Below the pieces are notes generated by a model. That model searched no databases. It was not told the origin of the DNA and saw nothing but the letters and a program-made list of their open reading frames with translations. This document shows positions 60,834 to 64,000 of a DNA stretch of 64,000 bases, piece after piece (within the stretch, counting starts at the first letter, position 1; each line of letters opens with the position of its first letter). The DNA is taken from positions 160,001-224,000 of the forward strand of contig CAVUWA010000011.1 in NCBI GenBank assembly GCA_963744995.1, written 5' to 3'. The position numbers were made by a program, and so were the translations under genes. Source of the stretch: Candidatus Eiseniibacteriota bacterium. GTDB taxonomy: Bacteria; Eisenbacteria; RBG-16-71-46.

Positions 60834-62345
60834 TCAGCGCTCTCCGGTGGCGGCCATCCCGCGCAGCCATTCGAGCAGCAGCCGCACGCCGAACCCGGTC
60901 GGTCCCGCGGGCTGCTCGCCGCGCGACCGGTTGTTCCACGCCACGCCGGCGATGTCGAGATGCGCCCACGCCATGCCGCGCGCGAAGTGCTTGAGGAACG
61001 CGGCCGCCAGGCACGCGCCGCCCTCGCGCGGTCCCGAGTTCACCAGGTCCGCCGTGTCGCTGCGCATGAAGTCCAGGTAGCCGTCCCAGACCGGCATGCG
61101 CCACAGCCGCTCGCCGCTCGCCGTGCCGGCCTCGACCAGCGCGCGGGCGAGCGCGTCGTCGTCGCTGAACATTCCGGCGGTGAGCGGCCCGAGCGCGATG
61201 CCGATCGCACCGGTGAGCGTGGCCAGGTCCACGATCGCGCGCGGCGTGTAGTGCTGCTTCGCGTAGCTCAGCGCGTCGCCGAGCAGCAGGCGGCCCTCGG
61301 CGTCGGTGTTGGTCACCTCGACCGTCGTGCCGTCCATCATGCGCAGCACGTCGCCGGGCTTCAGGGCCCTGCCGCCCGGCATGTTCTCCGCGCTCGGCAC
61401 GACGCCGACGACCGGGAACGGCAGCTCGAGACTGCCGAGTGCGTGGAACGTGCCCAGCACGGCGGCCGCGCCCGACATGTCGTACTTCATCTTGTGCATG
61501 TTCTCGCGGGGCTTGAGCGAGATGCCGCCGGTGTCGAACGTCACGCCCTTGCCGACCAGCACCACGGGCCTGGCGCCGCGCGCACCGTTCATGCCGCGCT
61601 CGAGCACGATCAGGCGCGGCGGGTGCACGCTGCCGCGGCCGACACCGAGGATGCCGTTCAGGCCCGTGCGCTCGAGCTCGGGCACGCCCAGCACGCGCAC
61701 CTTCGCGCCCGTGGCGCGGCCGATCTCTCTGGCACGGCGGGCGAGATCCTCCGGGGTGAGGTCCTGCCCGGCGGCTTGAGCCAGGTCGCGCGCGAGGCAT
61801 GCCCCCTCGGCCCAGGCGGCGCCCGTGGCGACTGCGCCGGCGAGCGCGCGCGCCTTCGCGGCGTCGCGCTCCACGATGTCGATGCGCTTCAGGGCCGGCA
61901 GCGTCGGCGGCGTGCGGTAGGCGGTGTGGCGATAGTGGCCGAGCACCGACCCTTCGGCGGTCGCCTGCGCGGCGATCGCCGGATCGAGGCCGCCCTCCCC
62001 GGCCCCGTGGATCACGGTCGCGAGCGTCCCCACGCGCAGCTCGCGGGCGCGGCTCGCGGCCAGCAACGCGGCGGTGCGCACGCGGTGGGCGTCGAGCTCT
62101 GCGGCCGGCCCGAGGCCGACGAGGATCAGGCGCCTGGCCTTGCCGGCCGAGGGATAGAGGACGGCGACATCCTCGAAACGGCCGGCGAAGTCGCGCGTCG
62201 CGAGCAGGCGCTTGATGGCGCCGCGCGCGGCGCGGTCGACCGCCAGCGCGGCGCCGGAGAGCCGCTTCGTTCCTGCGAGAATGCCGAGCGCGGTCGCATC
62301 GGCCGCTCGTGTCGTCAGATCGCCACGTCGTAGCGCAACTTCCAT
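60834..62345 (-). CDS. pepA: Leucyl aminopeptidase (M17)
   Basis: VGKGVTFDTGG, MKYDMSG, NTDAEGRL, DLATLTG, HLDIAG. Confidence 0.95.
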   Translation of the reverse strand: MEVALRRGDLTTRAADATALGILAGTKRLSGAALAVDRAARGAIKRLLATRDFAGRFEDVAVLYPSAGKARRLILVGLGPAAELDAHRVRTAALLAASRARELRVGTLATVIHGAGEGGLDPAIAAQATAEGSVLGHYRHTAYRTPPTLPALKRIDIVERDAAKARALAGAVATGAAWAEGACLARDLAQAAGQDLTPEDLARRAREIGRATGAKVRVLGVPELERTGLNGILGVGRGSVHPPRLIVLERGMNGARGARPVVLVGKGVTFDTGGISLKPRENMHKMKYDMSGAAAVLGTFHALGSLELPFPVVGVVPSAENMPGGRALKPGDVLRMMDGTTVEVTNTDAEGRLLLGDALSYAKQHYTPRAIVDLATLTGAIGIALGPLTAGMFSDDDALARALVEAGTASGERLWRMPVWDGYLDFMRSDTADLVNSGPREGGACLAAAFLKHFARGMAWAHLDIAGVAWNNRSRGEQPAGPTGFGVRLLLEWLRGMAATGER

Positions 62346-62650
62346 GGTCTCCTCCGCTCGTGAATGGGCTCGGATCGCCCCCGGCACACTATCGCAAATC
62401 GCTGCTGCGCCAAAACTTGCGCGCTCCGGCCCGGGTTATTTCGGATCTCGCTCGCGGCCGGGAATGAGGCTTGCCAGTCCGGCGTACCACTGGCATCCTG
62501 CGCCTGACTGTTCCGCAGCAGCAGCGGATCGACGCTCGACGTACGCGGGGACGCCGCGGATCACACACGACGGAAACACATCGCTCGCGAGCTCCGGGCC
62601 GCGAAGACGAGAGCGCACGACCGGCAGGATGCCGGCCCCACGAGGAGGAC

Positions 62651-63442
62651 ATGGACATGTTCCGTTCGAAGACCACGATGCTGTTGATCATCGCCGCGCT
62701 GCTCGCCGGCACGGCGTTGGCCGGCTGTTCCGGCCAGAAGGCCGAGCAGGCGTCGGAGACGGCGACCGACAGCCTGCTCGCCGCGAATCCCATCGAGGAC
62801 AACGCCGGCGACATTACGCCGCAGGAAGAGTTCCAGCAGCCCGAGAAGCCCGCCGAGGAGCCGCCGCCTGCACCGAAGCCGAAGCCCAGGCCCGCGCCGA
62901 AGCCGACGCCGCCGCCCGCGCCCGTGAACCCCGGCGTGACGGTGCCTGCGGGCACGGCGCTCGCGGTCACGGTGAGCACGCAGCTCTCCACCGAAAACGT
63001 GCAGCCCGGCGACACGTGGGAAGGCACGACGACCGCGCCGCTGGTCATCGGCAACAAGGCGCCGATCCCCGCCGGTGCGACCGTGCACGGCGTGATCACC
63101 GGCGCGAAGGGCGCCGAGAAGGGTGAGCGCGCGTTCCTGGTGCTGGCGGTGCAGTCGGTCAGCTTCGAGGGCCGCGACGTCACCATCGGCGCCACCACCG
63201 ACTCGATCATCGCCGGCTCGACGCGCGCGCGGAACCTCGGTGCGATCGCGGGCGGCGCGGCGGCGGGCGCGCTGATCGGCAAGGCGGTCGGCGGCAGCGG
63301 CAAGGGCGCGCTGATCGGCGGCCTCATCGGCGGTGCCGCGGCGACGGCCGGCGTCGCCGCCTCGAAGGGCTATCAGGTGGTGCTCAAGGAAGGCACCGAA
63401 TTGACGTTCAACACCACGAAGGACGTGGTCATCAAGGAATGA
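62651..63442 (+). CDS. Lipoprotein with Pro-rich linker, TrbI-like beta domain and glycine zipper
   Basis: Lipobox ALAGC, PKPKPRPAPKP, VPAGT, GGAAAGALIG...GALIGGLIGG. Confidence 0.75.
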   Translation: MDMFRSKTTMLLIIAALLAGTALAGCSGQKAEQASETATDSLLAANPIEDNAGDITPQEEFQQPEKPAEEPPPAPKPKPRPAPKPTPPPAPVNPGVTVPAGTALAVTVSTQLSTENVQPGDTWEGTTTAPLVIGNKAPIPAGATVHGVITGAKGAEKGERAFLVLAVQSVSFEGRDVTIGATTDSIIAGSTRARNLGAIAGGAAAGALIGKAVGGSGKGALIGGLIGGAAATAGVAASKGYQVVLKEGTELTFNTTKDVVIKE

Positions 63443-63460
63443 CACCGGGCTGAATTGCGG

Positions 63461-63502
63461 CATGCAGAGGCCCGGCGCCACACGGCGCCGGGCTTCTGCA
63501 TG
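63461..63502 (+). terminator. Long hairpin, probable terminator
   Basis: CATGCAGAGGCCCGGCGCC-ACAC-GGCGCCGGGCTTCTGCATG. Confidence 0.6.
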
Positions 63503-63649
63503 GTGCGGCGCCGCGTTCGCGAACCCGCCGGCGGCGGACCGGACGCATGCGCACGCCCCGCCCCCCGGAGATGTCCGCAGCGGTACACCCGCCGCCCTGC
63601 CCGCGGAGCGCCCCCGCTGCGCGGCAATGCTTTACACCGGCATTGCAAA

Positions 63650-63664
63650 TGGCATGTGCTCTGC
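63650..63664 (+). promoter_or_regulatory. Putative sigma54 promoter
   Basis: TGGCATGTGCTCTGC(T). IHF-like CAATGCTTTA at 63625-63634. Confidence 0.6.
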
Positions 63665-63789
63665 TTTCTCCGCTCGCGCCCTGACTTGCCCTGGAGTCCG
63701 TCTTCCGGCGCGGCCGGTGCGCCCTGCCGTGCGATCCGTCGCGCGTGCAGGCGGCCCGCCGCTCTGGAGCCACAGCAGAGGAGCAGCGC

Positions 63790-64000
63790 ATGCGATTCCA
63801 AGCATCGATCCCCGCCGCGTTCGTCGCATTGCTCGCGGCCGGCCTGATCGCGGGCTGCGGCGCGAGCACCGGCACGCTCGCGCCGACGGCCACATCCGCG
63901 GAGACACGGAACGAAGCCGAGGTGACCGGCGTGCTGGCCACGATGCCCGCACTCGCCGAAGACGATCTCTTCATGAGCGCAGAGGAGACCGGGCTGAGCG
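63790..64000 (+). CDS. Lipoprotein, 3'-truncated by window edge
   Basis: RBS GAGGAG. MRFQASIPAAFVALLAAGLIAGC lipobox. Frame open to the window end. Confidence 0.75.
   Translation, partial: MRFQASIPAAFVALLAAGLIAGCGASTGTLAPTATSAETRNEAEVTGVLATMPALAEDDLFMSAEETGLS

Overview
Very GC-rich bacterial chromosomal window of about 55 CDSs. No rRNA, tRNA, CRISPR array, transposase or integrase was recognised. Gene content and the C-terminal SWG-x-x-K-x-x-YR tails suggest an FCB-related candidate lineage such as Ca. Eisenbacteria (inference). Most genes are housekeeping, envelope or secreted-protein genes: nth, sppA, pabB/pabC-like, glgP, aroH-tyrA, bshB1-like, a PbpG-type peptidase, a Lon-like protease, rlmD-like, pepA and three GT2 genes. 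Notable elements: (1) a decaying minus-strand integron cassette array with six attC sites and no integrase in the window (15.4-20.6 kb); (2) a signalling module at 37.8-44.4 kb, in which a Ser/Thr kinase-STAND NTPase-TPR-GAF-sigma54 activator fusion precedes a sigma54-type promoter and genes for a small secreted peptide, an apparently dead sigma54-AAA homologue and a pseudo-receiver; (3) two unrelated secreted proteins sharing a C-terminal sorting-like motif; (4) a leaderless Tyr-codon leader peptide with attenuator geometry upstream of aroH-tyrA; (5) an orphan BoxB/PaaA-like diiron protein, an N-truncated Lon with a degenerate Walker B, and an endonuclease III with a histone-H1-like tail. All calls come from reading motifs by eye; no database search was run.
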